From Octopus sinensis (taxonomy: Eukaryota), in contig NC_043001.1 in assembly GCF_006345805.1 (NCBI RefSeq), positions 63,984,001-64,048,000 of the forward strand: a stretch of 64,000 nt of DNA. Direction: 5' to 3'. The notes under the pieces are model-generated. The model did no database searches, was not told the DNA's origin, and was given only the letters and a program-made list of their open reading frames with translations. The translations under genes were made by a program, and so were the position numbers. Positions 10,772 through 24,339 of the stretch are shown one piece after another (position 1 is the stretch's first letter; every line of letters starts with the position of its first letter).

Positions 10772-12449
10772 TACATTATAAAAGGGCTTAGTAAAATAAA
10801 TTACTTTGCCGCATACTGAACTCATTAGAAAGCAGCTAAAAAAACTTTTTTAAAACTATTTCTAATACTTAAAGAAAACCTCTCTCATATAGTGTTTGCT
10901 CAACTCAACTCACGAAAGTATGGGGGTAAGAGACAAAAAAATCAAATGCAAAGGTTATTTGAGAACGTACATTTCAAGATTAGTCAAACTCGACACTTCT
11001 ATCATCAGCTCAGAACTCCCTGGTTTGGATTTGAAAACACTGAAAGTGGGAGCATACCCTTTCGGCTTCTTATCGCTTCTGAAGATTCTGCTCGAAACTA
11101 ACAGTGCCAGCAAACTCAAATATGCAAGCAAAGAATTTCTGCTCTCCCCTTTCCACCAGCGTGGGTTAAAATCAGTAAACACTATGCTTTTTTCGGTAAA
11201 ATCCGAGGCATTAAATAGAGAGATGAATTATAATTTCAACAATTGAGGGTAAAATTAATTAATTAATCAATTTCACCAAGTATTCAGTATGCAAAGGGAC
11301 CATTTAAGGCGAATTCAAATTATTACATTATATAAAAGGGCTTAGTAAAATAATTACTTTGCCGCATACTGAACTCATTAGAAATAGCAGCTAAAAAAAC
11401 TTTTTTAAAACTATTTCTAATACTTAAAGAAAACCTCTCTCATATAGTGTTTGCTCAATTCAACTCACGAAAGTATGGGGGTAGAGACATTAAAAAATCA
11501 AATGCAAAGGTTATTTGAGAACGTACGTTTCAAGATTAGTCAAACTCGACACTTCTATCATCAGCTCAGAACTCCCTGGTTTGGATTTGAAAACACTGAA
11601 AGTGGGAGCATACCCTTTCGGATTCTTATCGCTTCTGAAGATCTGCTCGAAACTAACAGTGCCAGCAAACTCAAATATGCAAGCGAAGAATTTCTGCTCT
11701 CCCCTTTCCACCAGCGTGGGTTAAAATCAGTAAACACTGCTATTTCTAATGAGTTCAGTATGCGGCAAAGTAATTTATTTTACTAAGCCCTTTTATATAA
11801 TGTAATAATTTGAATTCGCCTTAAATGGTCCCTTTGCATACTGAATACTTGGTGAAATTGATTAATTAATTAATTTTACCCTCAATTGTTGAAATTATAA
11901 TTCATCTCTCTCTATTTAATGCCTCGGATTTTACCGAAAAAAGCATAGTGTTTACTGATTTTAACCCACGCTGGTGGAAAGGGGAGAGCAGAAATTCTTC
12001 GCTTGCATATTTGAGTTTGCTGGCACTGTTAGTTTCGAGCAGATCTTCAGAAGCGATAAGAAGCCGAAAGGGTATGCTCCCACTTTCAGTGTTTTCAAAT
12101 CCAAACCAGGGAGTTCTGAGCTGATGATAGAAGTGTTGAGTTTGACTAATCTTGAAACGTACGTTCTCAAATAACCTTTGCATCTGATTTTTTAATGTCT
12201 CTACCCCCATACTTTCGTGAGTTGAATTGAGCAAACACTATATGAGAGAGGTTTTCTTTAAGTATTAGAAATAGTTTTAAAAAAGTTTTTTTAGCTGCTA
12301 TTTCTAATGAGTTCAGTATGCGGCAAAGTAATTTATTTTACTAAGCCCTTTTATATAATGTAATAATTTGAATTCGCCTTAAATGGTCCCTTTGCATACT
12401 GAATACTTGGTGAAATTGATTAATTAATTAATTTTACCCTCAATTGTTG

Positions 12450-12456
<7 letters not shown>
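10772..12456. repeat. Non-coding ~556-bp unit: ~1.75 tandem copies then ~1.3 inverted tandem copies, one hammerhead per unit (retrozyme/PLE pLTR array)
   Basis: Near-identical units start at ~10772 and ~11323. Orientation switches at ~11739. Hammerheads at 10960-11012 (-), 11516-11568 (-) and 12117-12169 (+). Confidence 0.85.
12117..12169 (+). ncRNA. Type I hammerhead motif (also 11516-11568 and 10960-11012 on minus strand)
   Basis: UGAG-CUGAUGA-UAGA...UCUU-GAAAC-GUAC-GUU-CUCA: stem I UGAG/CUCA, palindromic stem III, GUU triplet, U.U closing stem II. Confidence 0.75.
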
Positions 12457-12487
<31 letters not shown>

Positions 12488-12489
12488 CC

Positions 12490-12662
12490 TGTCTTTGTAT
12501 GAAACAATTGTACTAAAAACTAATCCATTCTTGTTGCTTCTTTCTCGTTTATAATCACCCCACATTACTGTATGGTTAACACCATATAGTTTTTCTGGTG
12601 CATCTAAGTTAAGTACCACATTCAAGTAAATTCATTGGAATTTACTTGAATCTTAATTGCTT
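12490..12662. repeat. Interspersed repeat related to 34830-34990 and 38498-38610 (probable pLTR end)
   Basis: Shared TAATCACCCCACAT...CTGGTGCATCTAAGTTAAGTACCA. Confidence 0.7.
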
Positions 12663-12664
12663 TT

Positions 12665-12695
<31 letters not shown>

Positions 12696-15394
12696 CCCTT
12701 CTCCAAACTTAGTTCAAACGAAATAAATTGATAAATATACGAGAGAGGTTCATTTTAGCCCCCCAAAACGTTTATTAAATCCAGGAAAATTAAGGAGATG
12801 GATGTTAATAGTTTATGTTGCTCTGTACCGCCGTCAACCTATTTAAATATCAGCTGAAGAGGTCGTGCAAGCAGTAAGAGGGGTGGATTCGGTTGTCCAA
12901 TCACATTTCCAGCAGCAGCAACAACTGACTCGCAACTCTTCATCTTTTATTTTCCTGGAAGAACATACCTACCTACCTCTAATGTAAGCCACTTCTCAAC
13001 CATGTAAGCATGTTTACCTTCCCCACTCCCTATCATTTTTTCCTCTAATTTCTTCTCTGAGATTTCTAATTGTTTTGCTCTAACTCCTTATCAATATTAA
13101 CATTGTATTCGACGCATAAATAGTATTAACAAATCTGCAGTTAAATGGTTCGTGTATCAAAGTCTAGAAGCAAGATATATATGTATATACCGTCGGTAGA
13201 ACATAAATCCGATCAAAAAAAGCATCGAACTAAATTCTTAACACTTAGTTTTGTTATGTTCTAGGTTCAAATTCTATAAAGTTCGACTTCGTCTTTCAAT
13301 CCTCTGGGGTCGCTGAAATAAGGGCCTGGGGGTCCGCTGAAATCAGGGTCAGGCTTGTACTAAAGTCGCTTAACGCAAACTGGTATCCTTGTTGCTTGTT
13401 CTACTATCGTTGATGGTGGTGGGCCATTTAATTTCACAATTTTATCATACAAGAAATAGACGTTAATATCGAACTGTGTGCAGTATTAGTTTCAGATTAA
13501 TCGATGGTTGTTGACAGAGTGATATTAATTACCTACTTGAATTAACGACATGACAGTAACACTGTTATGTAAGGATTAAAAAAGATATGAAGTTGATATA
13601 TATTTACGAAATTTCATGATAGCCCCAGGTTATTCTTGATAAAGCATATTTATGATTAAAGACCTCCCAGCTATGATAATTCTGATTTTTTTTTGTATAT
13701 TTAGGACTACATTGTCCGTCGTGTTCTACTTTTTAAAATCGGATGTAATGAGATTTTGCTGCTATTTCCAGCAACGAGGAATCTTTTGCATAAACGATTT
13801 TCCTCGTTGTCTAACGAAAGAGAAATCATCCCTAATGAAGGTGAATTGGTGCTGACATTTATTTATTTCATTTAAATCCCTAAAAGGTCTAGAGGTTTCT
13901 TCCCGTGTAAAATCTTACATTTAATTTCTTCTGCGCTGCTAAATTACTTATTTAAATAATTACTACTAATGTCTTGGGGCCAGTACCCTCACTGACTTCA
14001 CGTTTATATAACAAAACAAACATCATAATTAATGGTAATTAGACTTTAAATAGCCAGGCACTTAAAGGACAGATATATAATTTTCTTCGTTTGTCCCCTC
14101 TTTTTCCTGATTTGCAGCCTTAAATTCTTGTAACGGCTGGTATTCCATTTATAAATGTTTTGGTTCTTCAGTATTTCTGATGTCGGAAATAACTACCATA
14201 CACCTACCCGTAATTTACAAGTATTTCCACTGTATAGACAAAAATGTAGAATATATATTACTCTTGTCGTTAAGCTATCGCAGTCTTCGATAGGTACAGA
14301 GTAGTAGTAAATCAACCTATAAAGCCATACTTCTGGAAATTCCACACTTAAATGTTACTATTCTGTCTCATTCCTTTGATATCGAATTTGAATTACGAAT
14401 AGTAATGAAGTAGATAAGTAGAAATTACATTTTTAAAAAATTGTGAAAAACTAAAGGTTTTCAGCTGTATGAGAAAACTGAATCTACCTTTATGTAAATA
14501 TTGGGTTTTGTTCCTTCGATTTGCTGATTTTTGTTATGAATGTAAAAACAAATTAGACGCAATACTGTGTACGATGAATAATTTCTTGATTGATATTGCA
14601 GTCTTTGAACAAATATATGAAATCTCGTATTGAAGACTCGTCTGATATTAACATCAGTCAATAAAATAATAAAATACTAAAATAATACTTGGGACAATCA
14701 CATCATGCCACCGCTTTTGGCTTAAAGTACATCTATTGGTTGTCAATATGTACTTGTTTGATTTCATTAACCTAGCCTCTAAAATTAAAATCTGTGAAAC
14801 GAAGTTGTAAATTACTCACCACATGGTTGTGAGTTCAAACCTAAATACAGCCATGTTGTGGCTTTGAACCGAGTTTACACATTTCCTTAGTGTACAGTTG
14901 GATGGGTAGCAAATGCCTCGCAGGCATGGGGTAAAATGGGTTTCATTGGAAGGTTATTTAATCCTTGGACAGTCCAACAAGGATGGAGTATTGATCAAGA
15001 CAATCTAAACATGATTTTCCCCTTTAATTATTGTTTAATATTACATGGTTCAATGCCTTTCATATTCTTTCTTAAGATAGTGTTATTCAAGGGAAATTTT
15101 GCTGGGTTTTTTTTTTAAAGCTGGTTGACCTACTCCATAGAGACTTTCCTCGTTGAGATATAAAGATGTGTCCTATCTATGTACTTAAGTTGGACAGTCA
15201 CTTGGCATGTATTCAGCTACTGCTCAACCAGATGATTCAAAGAACTCCTCATGCTTGTGTTTCATTCACTAGATGTCCTTTCTAACACCAACCACTTTAT
15301 ATTGTACTGAGTACCTTTATTTCATGGCACCAACACTAGATATGTAGATATGTACTTGACAAGACTAAAGGGGACTAACAACACCTTGCTCACT

Positions 15395-15808
15395 CACTAG
15401 CCAAGTACTTATTCTATCAGACTTTTTTGACGAACCACTAAGTTGCAGGGATGTAAACACACGAGCACAAGCTGTCAGGCGATGATGGGGGTACAAACAC
15501 ACAAACACATATATGCATACATACATACATGTACGATGGGCTTATTTCAGTTTCCATCTACCACATCCACTCACAAGGCTTTGGGCAGCCTGATGCTTTA
15601 GTATAAGACACTTCCAAGGTGGCACACAGAGCGACTAAACTCATAACCATGTGGTTGGTAAGCAAACTACTTAGCACACAGCCAATCCTGTGCCTAACAG
15701 AAATTATTATTCAAAGGCGAAGTCAACCCCGATGGAATTTGGACTCAGAACGTAAGGACATACAAAATGAAGCTAAGCGTTTTGCCAAGCATGCTAACGG
15801 TTCTGCCA
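15395..15808 (-). mobile_element. Old SINE A copy followed by a SINE B head
   Basis: Diverged matches to family A (15395-15690) and family B (15713-15808). Confidence 0.75.
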
Positions 15809-15824
15809 TATAATATATATAAAG

Positions 15825-15859
<35 letters not shown>

Positions 15860-15869
15860 TATATATATC

Positions 15870-16751
15870 TTTTCTTCTTTCTTCTTATTTGGCAATCCCT
15901 CAAGGTCGAGGATGATGGTCTTCGCGCAAATTTACTGGTGAGTCCGTAGGTGACCGATAAGACCAATTCTTGCTTGAAAAGATCGGTCGCAGTGCGGACA
16001 TCTAGTGCCGGAAGGGAGAGTCGCACATGGTTGTTGTTGGCGCTCCTTCCATCGTCGTCTTTTCTCCTCCAGCTCTGCAGACCTTTTCGACTCGAAAGTC
16101 GCCGTTCCCTCATGGATGGTGGTTTTCCAGAGTGGTCTGTTTTTTGCCGTTTCCTCCCAGTTAGTGAAGTCGATGTCACACTTTTTGAGGTTCGTTTTCA
16201 GGGAGTCCTTATAGCGTTTCTTCTGGCCTCCTTTTGTATGCTTGCCGTCTTTGAGTTGGGAGTAGAAGATCTGTTTGGGAAGTCGTTCGTCAGTCATTCT
16301 AACCACATGGCTGCTCCATCTTAGTTGGCCTTTGATGACATAGGCTTCGATGCTGGTCATTTTTGCTTCTTGTAGCACGCTGACGTTTGTTCTTCTGTCT
16401 TCCCAGTTGATGTTAAGGATCTTCCGAATACAGCGTTGGTGAAATTTCTCGAGCATTTTCAGGTGGTGACTATACGGGGTCCACGTTTCGGACAAGGAAA
16501 ATGTCGTGAGCAACACGAACCGCACTATTTGGCCTTTATCGACCTATCCAAAGCCTTTGATTGTGTCTCGAGAGAGCACCTCTGGGATATTCTCGCCCAG
16601 TATGGATGCCCAGATAAGTTCATCCGGATCCTCAAACTCTTCCACGACAATATGCACGCCAGAGTCCAGACCGACGGAGGCAGTTCTGAGCCCTTTAAAG
16701 TCACCTCCAGGAGTGAAGCAAGGCTGCGTGATAGCGCCAACTCTCTTTACC
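15870..16751 (-). mobile_element. RTE (BovB-like) LINE 3' end with inverted 5' segment
   Basis: 15932-16492 (-): SETWTPY...LEKFHQRCIRKILNINWED...CPHCDRSFQARIGLIGHLRTHQ plus (AAG)-rich tail. 16493-16751 (+): KCREQ...AFIDLSKAFDCVSRE...GVKQGCVIAPTLF. Confidence 0.9.
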
Positions 16752-16851
16752 NNNNNNNNNNNNNNNNNNNNNNNNNNNNNNNNNNNNNNNNNNNNNNNNN
16801 NNNNNNNNNNNNNNNNNNNNNNNNNNNNNNNNNNNNNNNNNNNNNNNNNNN
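16752..16851. other. Assembly gap (100 N)
   Basis: Run of N. Confidence 1.
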
Positions 16852-17410
16852 AGCGACGAGCCACTCTTCGTTGCGGCAACCCCCGCGTAAATCTCCATGA
16901 CTGGGGGTAACGACAAGCATTCCTTCTATAAAAAGTAACGACACGCATCGACAAGCACCTCGCGCGATTCGATCGCGTTACGTCTCTTTCTACAACTCAT
17001 TCTCGAGGGGCAGACATCCTTTCTGAAGTCATTCACCAATAGATTGAACATCTTCTGCCCCATTCTGTAGCTTCTCCATTCGCCTGCCTCCTCTGTCTCC
17101 ACTTCTTCTATATGGTGCGTTTCTATCCTCCTCATGATTTCCCTGTTGGAAGATTTTATCGCTGCATACACTTGGTTGTCTTTCTCTGGCTTCTTCGCTT
17201 TTTTTATCTCTCTCGTTTTTTCGCTTTTTTTTTTCTCCGGGGAGAGTTTTTATGTTTTTGTTTTTTTGGTTGCATCCACCCCTTCCCTTCTTCTGGTATG
17301 GGTGTTATTATCGGCTGTACTACCGGGGTAGTAGACTCTTGCGTCTTTTTCCCTTCTTCCACCGGTTTACAGTTTTTCTTCAGGTGCCCCTTTTTTCCAC
17401 AGGTGGGGGG
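16852..17410 (-). mobile_element. Fragment of a gag/ORF1-like protein with a truncated CCHC zinc knuckle
   Basis: CGKKGHLKKNC followed by a basic low-complexity region. The first Cys appears lost at the junction with another repeat. Confidence 0.55.
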
Positions 17411-18268
17411 CATGTCAAAACGGTAGAGAAGTAGGGGCCGAAACCGGACGTGGTTCCTCCTGATGATGTCTTAAGCTAACTGGATCCTATAAAGGAGCTG
17501 TTGTGGTACCAGACCACGAAACACGGTTGTAATTCCCCTTCGGACTAAACACAACCCTTCCTCCTATTGACTGCCTCTACACAGCAACAAAGCAACCTTA
17601 TTTCAGTTTTGCATTTTGCTTGTAATTGCGCCATTTATATTGCATTACTTACTTATCTTCTTTCAACCTTAATTTTTATATTTTATTGTTATTTCTATTC
17701 ACACGCACACATACACACATGTACATATACACACGCACCCGTGCACACATATATCTCCCACACACATACAACACATTCCCTTCTTCTGGTATGGGTGTTA
17801 TTATCGGCTGTACTACCGGGGTAGTAGACTCTTGCGTCTTTTTCCCTTCTTCCACCGGTTTACAGTTTTTCTTCAGGTGCCCCTTTTTTCCACAGGTGGG
17901 GGGCACGTCAAAACGGTAGAGAAGTAGGGGCCGAAACCGGACGTGGTTCCTCCTGATGATGTCTTAAGCTAACTGGATCCTATAAAGGAGCTGTTGTGGT
18001 ACCAGACCACGAAACACGGTTGTAATTCCCCTTCGGACTAAACACAACCCTTCCTCCTATTGACTGCCTCTACACAGCAACAAAGCAACCTTATTTCAGT
18101 TTTGCATTTTGCTTGTAATTGCGCCATTTATATTGCATTAACTTACTTATCTTCTTTCAACCTTAATTTTTATATTTTATTGTTATTTCTATTCACACGC
18201 ACACATACACACATGTACATATACACACGCACCCGTGCACACATATATCTCCCACACACATACAACAC
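17283..18268. repeat. Near-identical 493-bp tandem duplication
   Basis: Units start TTCCCTTCTTCTGGTATGGG at ~17283 and ~17776. ORF starts 17567 and 18060 differ by 493. Confidence 0.9.
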
Positions 18269-18269
18269 A

Positions 18270-19430
18270 TATGCACATATACACACACTTACTTCCATAC
18301 ATATACACACATCCACATACACCCACGTGCACACACATGCGCGTACACACAAACGCACACACATGCACAGGAATGCACAGATACCTAACCCACACAACCC
18401 CACGCACACACAGACACATACCTATATACACACACACAACCACATATACATACTCAAGCACATGCGCATACACGCAACATAATGCATACATCTCCACGTT
18501 CACACACATACACACGCACGCACATACACACGCACGCACATACACACATGCACACACACACACATACACACGTACATACACACACACACTAGCACATGTT
18601 CGCACATATACCTCCAACACAATACACATACAAACACGCACACAATTATACACACATGGGCACAAACACATGCACGTAAGCACACGCACGCACATACATA
18701 CAGGTACGCACATACATGCACACAAACCCTCCACACAACCCACGCATACACAAATTCACATACACACATACATATACACGCACATACACATACGCATACA
18801 CATATAGACACATACACACACACGCACCCACGCGCATGCACACATGTACACGAATACACACACAACACTGACAACCCCACGCATACAAGTATATACACCC
18901 ACATTCGCACATATACACATGTAAACGCACACGCACATGCATACACGCGCAAAAACTCACCTATACCCCCTACACAACCCTTCGTTCACACACATGCACA
19001 TGCACACACAAAATACACACCCATATCCACCAACACACGCACACATATACATATACACACACATACACACACATGCACACGAACCTACATATACCTCCCA
19101 TACACACACAGCACACACTCATACACGCACACAATTATACATACGTGTACACATACATAGAGTGAAGTACAGTTAGTCCACACACACATACACACACTGC
19201 AAACAAAACACACACACATACTTCAAACTATCAGTACCTTCTACTGACCATTCCTCTATGCACATGTTCAGGTAGACCCATATCAGGTAGCCACTCCTAC
19301 CAAAATTCTTACTATAAATTCTTCCTATGACCTTAAACGATACTAAGCCCAACCACACACATAGATAAACAGCCACACACACACACACACAGACCTGTGC
19401 GCACGCACATACCCACACATACACATACAT
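18270..19430. repeat. Degenerate (CA)-rich tract
   Basis: Imperfect CA/CATA repeats. Confidence 0.9.
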
Positions 19431-19530
19431 ACCTCATTCTCTTGCACTCTCCTGTCTTTGAAATATCTGACTGTGTGTGTATCGTTGGCAATTTTCTTTC
19501 TCCGTCTTCCCTTCTTTGAACTTTTTCTAT

Positions 19531-19565
19531 ATTTCTGACGAAGAGCTCTGCTCGAAACGTGAAAT
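19531..19565 (+). ncRNA. Minimal hammerhead motif in pLTR-like repeat 19475-19650 (inverted sister copy 23108-23142)
   Basis: AUUU-CUGACGA-AGAGCUCUGCUC-GAAAC-GUG-AAAU. Sister copy: GUUU-CUGAUGA-AGAGCUCUGCGC-GAAAC-AUU-AAAU. Implied consensus GAAACGUU. Confidence 0.7.
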
Positions 19566-19869
19566 CCTCTTTCTTTTCTTTCCTTTCCTGAGCGCCCAAT
19601 AACACTGTACTTATTCCACGTCCTCGTGTTGTTGTTTTTTCTTGCTTGTTCATATATGGTCATGTGTGTCAGTCTCCATTTGCGTATGTGTGCTTGTCTG
19701 TTCTTATAACCTATGTACCTATCCGTCTGTATGTTGATCTGTTTATTTTCATATCCATATGCTTACATACAAAAAAGCATGTACATACACACACTCACCC
19801 CCCACACACATATATACATCTATCTACATAAATCTACATAACAGTCCACTAACTATTCTACTCTACCTG

Positions 19870-22200
19870 TGTAAACTGTGGGTATGGAGGTATTATATCT
19901 ATTATGTATATTTCCTATTTAGTATTAGGGAGGTTTCATTTATAAGGACGTACTCTCGTATTTGTCTGAATGTTGGGTCTTTTGGGTGCTTGGATAAGAT
20001 GCGGATGTCAATTTGACCCAAGTTGCCTCCATGGTGGTCTTTGGCATGTTGGTAGAGTATGGAGGACTGTTTTTTGTCGTCATATTGTCTCAGATGTTCA
20101 TTTATTCATTCCGCAATGCTCCTAGATGTCTCCCCTATGTACGTCATGTTCATTTCTTTACAAGCACCTTCTATGCATCTTATGCTGTAAACTACATTTT
20201 GAGTTCTACAGTTAATGCCAGGGTTAATCCTACATACCATGCAGTTATCATTGGTGCATATGGTATTCTCAAAGGGGTACGTCCTACATAGTTGTGATCT
20301 GACGGAGTTCCCTAGTTTTTCAACAATCTTAATGTTGAGTTTGGTCTCCTTCAGAGCTTCTCTAAATCTACAGGCTAGTTCTCCATGGGCTGTGGCCTCT
20401 GCAAACATCACTCCTTGATATTTGTCGGTTTTACATCACGTGGTCACCCTGTTTGCTTTGTCACAAGTTCTTTGTATCCTATTCCATTCTTTGTTTCTAT
20501 ATCTAGGGCAGTTACCACTGATATTACGTATAATATCGTCTAATTTCTTTCTAGCCCCCTTGTATACTTGAATCCTATCTTTCTGATCATATCCAGAGAA
20601 CCGCATGCGGTGCATGAAGTTCTGTAAATGTGTTTTCATTTCATAGGGTTCGCATTGTGGGGACACATTGCTCATTATTCTAATTAAGTCTGCTATCAGT
20701 ATGTTAATTTTCATGTTGTGTGACAAAGCTGAGTTCTTGTGAACAACATATTTTGAAGTTATGCGCTTCATGTAATAGGAGTGGAGGAGCTGCATTCTAT
20801 TGTTCACAGATCAGTATCAAGTACAGGGAGTCTGTTATTGGGGTGCTTGTTGGGGTAATCTATAGTTACCTTGATACTGTGGTGGATGGAGTTAAGCTAT
20901 TTGCTGGATGCTCTCCATTACATTCTTCTCAGTTTCTATATTACTGTCACTAGAGTTGGTCCTTACTATGATATTAATGTCATCTACATATCTACTGTAG
21001 AGTAGAAGAGTTGTGGACTGTTCTGCTAACATTTGTTTAAGTTTTCTGTCCCACCATGTCATGAAGAGGCCAGCCACATCTCCAGCTATATCTACACCGA
21101 TGGCTGCACCTTGAACCTGCATGTATAGTTTTTTTGTTAAACTTTACTACGTGGTTCTTCAAGGTGGTTTTTATATTGGCCTCATTTCTTTCACCTGATT
21201 GTTGTTATCAGGGTTTTGGGTGGGTGCGGTTCAGCCACTCCAGCGTTCTGTGGTGCTTTTCTTCAATGCTGAAGTGATGGTTGGTGGTCTTCCCCTCTGT
21301 GACTTGGTGAGGCAGAGTCTACTAAGGTCATGGTCATCTAAATAGTTACTGTCATAGCATAGTCTGAGGAGGAGGCCCAGTTCTCTACTGTTGACCTTAC
21401 GGAATTCCACTTCATTTTCACAGATCACTTGAATGCATTTCTCCACAGCAAAATCTATGTCTATAGATGGGTAGAGTGAAATTACATCCATATATGTGTG
21501 GATCTGTGTCTCCATATGTGTCCTTGTGTGGAGTAAAGTGTGTGTCAGTTTCCATTTGCGTATGTGTGCTTGTCTGTTCTTATAACCTATGTATCTATTC
21601 GTCTGTATGTTGATCTGTTTAGACTCCGACATATCTTAGACCGATACAACAAATCCACTAAAAAACATAGTGATGAGGGACTTAACCTGTGAGGTCGTTG
21701 GAGTGGTTTGCAAGTACTGATTTTACTGAGGAGATCTTCCGTACTCACACAGACATCCGGAGACGTCTCTATGAGAGGTCGCAATACCTATGAGAGGAAG
21801 TAGGACAGATGTTCACTCCACAAACTGGTCTGGTTGTGGGGGGGGGGGCGTGACAGGGTTTATGTAGGGTTTGTGGTCTTTGCGTAACCCATATAGTGTA
21901 GGAACATCATTGTTGGATGCTTGGAAATTGTGTGCCGTCCTTTTTATAGGTTGGAGTATGCTGCACCACATTCCCATGTGTGTGCATTGAGGAGTTTTGC
22001 CACTCTTTCATGTTCTTGCGGTGTAAATTCTCTCATGTTACTGATGTGTTGTTGCATTGTTTGGACATAGTTCTGTGGGCTATCTATTGATAGTCTGCCA
22101 GACTAATTCTCTGTTCCTAATCCGCTGTTTTAGTTTTAGTAGGCCTTTGTCAACAGATGAGCTGATTTGGTGGGTCCCCTCATCACTATGGATTTGTTGT
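19870..22200 (-). mobile_element. Decayed Penelope-like element (RT + GIY-YIG), internally rearranged
   Basis: DVISLYPSID; QVQGAAIGVDIAGDVAGLFM...YSRYVDDI; NVVYSIRC...TYIGETSRSIAE. 21493-21675 is an inverted copy of 22180-22353. Confidence 0.88.
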
Positions 22201-22679
22201 ATCGGTCTAAGATATGTCAGAGTCTAAACAGATCAACATACAGACGAGGTTATAAGAACAGACAAGCACACATACGCAAATGGAAACTGACACACATGAC
22301 ACACACACTTTACTCCACACAAGGAGACATATGGAGACATGGATGCACACATAAAGAGATGCACATCCATCCATACATACAAACTTGGTACACACACAAA
22401 CACAGACATGAACACACAATGAGACAGAGGTGCATACATATACAAACACATGCTCACACACGTACATAGAAAATACACAAACACGAACATGCAAGCACAT
22501 GAATATACAGGATACATACATACAGATGCACACACACACACATATATACATACATACACATGCTTACATACATACACACATACATACGTACATGCATGCG
22601 TACATAGGCACACACACACACACTGACCCACACAAATATGCACAAACAAACTAAAAGGAACGCAATGTAAATAAGAGAC

Positions 22680-22970
22680 AGAGTCAAGACTATTGAAAAG
22701 GTTGCAGATCGCAATGAATATTTTAGGAAAATAAAAACAAGAAATAAGTGGAAATTTTACCGGAGAGTGTGTTACGTTATAAAGCACAAAAAGAAAATGT
22801 CTCTCTCCAGACACAACAGAATATGCTTCAACACACGAACTCATATAAAGAATCTTGCAAACCAAATCCCAAAACGAAATATGCATTATATATATATATA
22901 TATATATACAATACACACACACACATATATATATACAATGCGCACACACACCACACACACACACACACAT

Positions 22971-23005
<35 letters not shown>

Positions 23006-23214
23006 AAGTTAATCCAAACATGAAAACACAAAGAGAAAACAACAACGCGAGGATGTGGAACAAGTATAGTGTTATTGGACGATCAGGGAAGGAAAGACAG
23101 AAGGAGGATTTAATGTTTCGCGCAGAGCTCTTCATCAGAAACATAGGAAAAGGAAAGATCCAAGGAAGGGAAGATGGAGGAAAAATTGCCTACGATACAC
23201 ACGTGGTCACACAC

Positions 23215-23293
<79 letters not shown>

Positions 23294-23560
23294 CAAGTAA
23301 GTTAGGGGTTGTGGATCCAACCCACTAAGGGAAAATACTTATCCGATATACTGTTGGTATAATACCCAAATTATTAATACACAAATGTTTTTAATTGCAA
23401 TGCAATTAACTTACATATTGTATTAAATGGGTGAAGGTAAAGAAATATTTTACCATTAATTTACTTTACTAATAAGAAAATGGAGAATCAATTTAGTTGG
23501 TTTATCAGCTTTAGGATATTAAAATGTTGACTTATTTATTTAACAAAACGAGGACCATAA
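22680..23560. repeat. Cluster of three pLTR-like interspersed repeat ends separated by microsatellites
   Basis: 22680-22885 matches 8553-8750. 23015-23210 is the inverse of 19475-19650 and carries a hammerhead motif. The third segment, 23290-23560, has no partner in the window. Confidence 0.55.
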
Positions 23561-24339
23561 TAACATACATATATACATTAAAATTCAATACATATAAGAT
23601 ACAATTTAAAAAACCTTATAAAGACATCCAAATAAACCCTACCAAATACAAACCAAAATATAAATATATACATGAAACAGGATATACACACACACATATA
23701 TATACATATCCAGAATTATGTGGACCAGCAACAGAAGTGATTCCTAAACTACGAAAAGAACTATGGGGAAAATCAACTATAAAAACAAAACCACCAAAAA
23801 CAAACGAAAAGATACAACAAACCAAGATCACAAACATCTTGGACTCCCAGACATCCAAATAAACCCTACCAAACACAAACCAAAAACCCGCCCCGTACAC
23901 TGCCAACCCCACCTAAAAAACAGACACAAAAAATATGAAATACGACCATCGACCCTACAAAGACAAACTCACAGACAAGACAACCACGATACATACAACC
24001 AACAACCCATAGCACTTGGAGAGAACAAACAGAATATGAACATAACACTGGACATCCTAAAATGGATACACACATGGAACAATAGACGTCAAGGAAATCC
24101 AAACCATACAAACATCAACCTCATGTGACCCCACAAATTTTCAAGATGGATAGAAAACAACCTCCAGTATCAAAACAACACATACAGACCATATAGACCA
24201 CCCCTACCTCTACAAGAAAACCTAAGGCCTGAAAATCGAATTTGGAGACGCAACAACACAACCCCTTCTTAGGGAAAGGATATTTCAACCATACTCCAGA
24301 CCCAACACACCAAAAATTCCAAAAGAACACACAAAACAC

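Noticed and set aside
11075-11105. CUGAAGA...GAAAC on the strand opposite the array's hammerhead
   Set aside because: Stem II cannot pair and there is no stem III/I match.
10892-12234. Repeated 110-116 aa ORFs (MLNSTHESMG...)
   Set aside because: Frames differ between near-identical copies, starts are non-ATG and no domain is recognisable; the unit is treated as non-coding.
17283-18268. 493-bp tandem duplication as a biological unit
   Set aside because: Near-identical, next to a gap and low-complexity DNA, and spans unrelated repeats; could be allelic mis-assembly.
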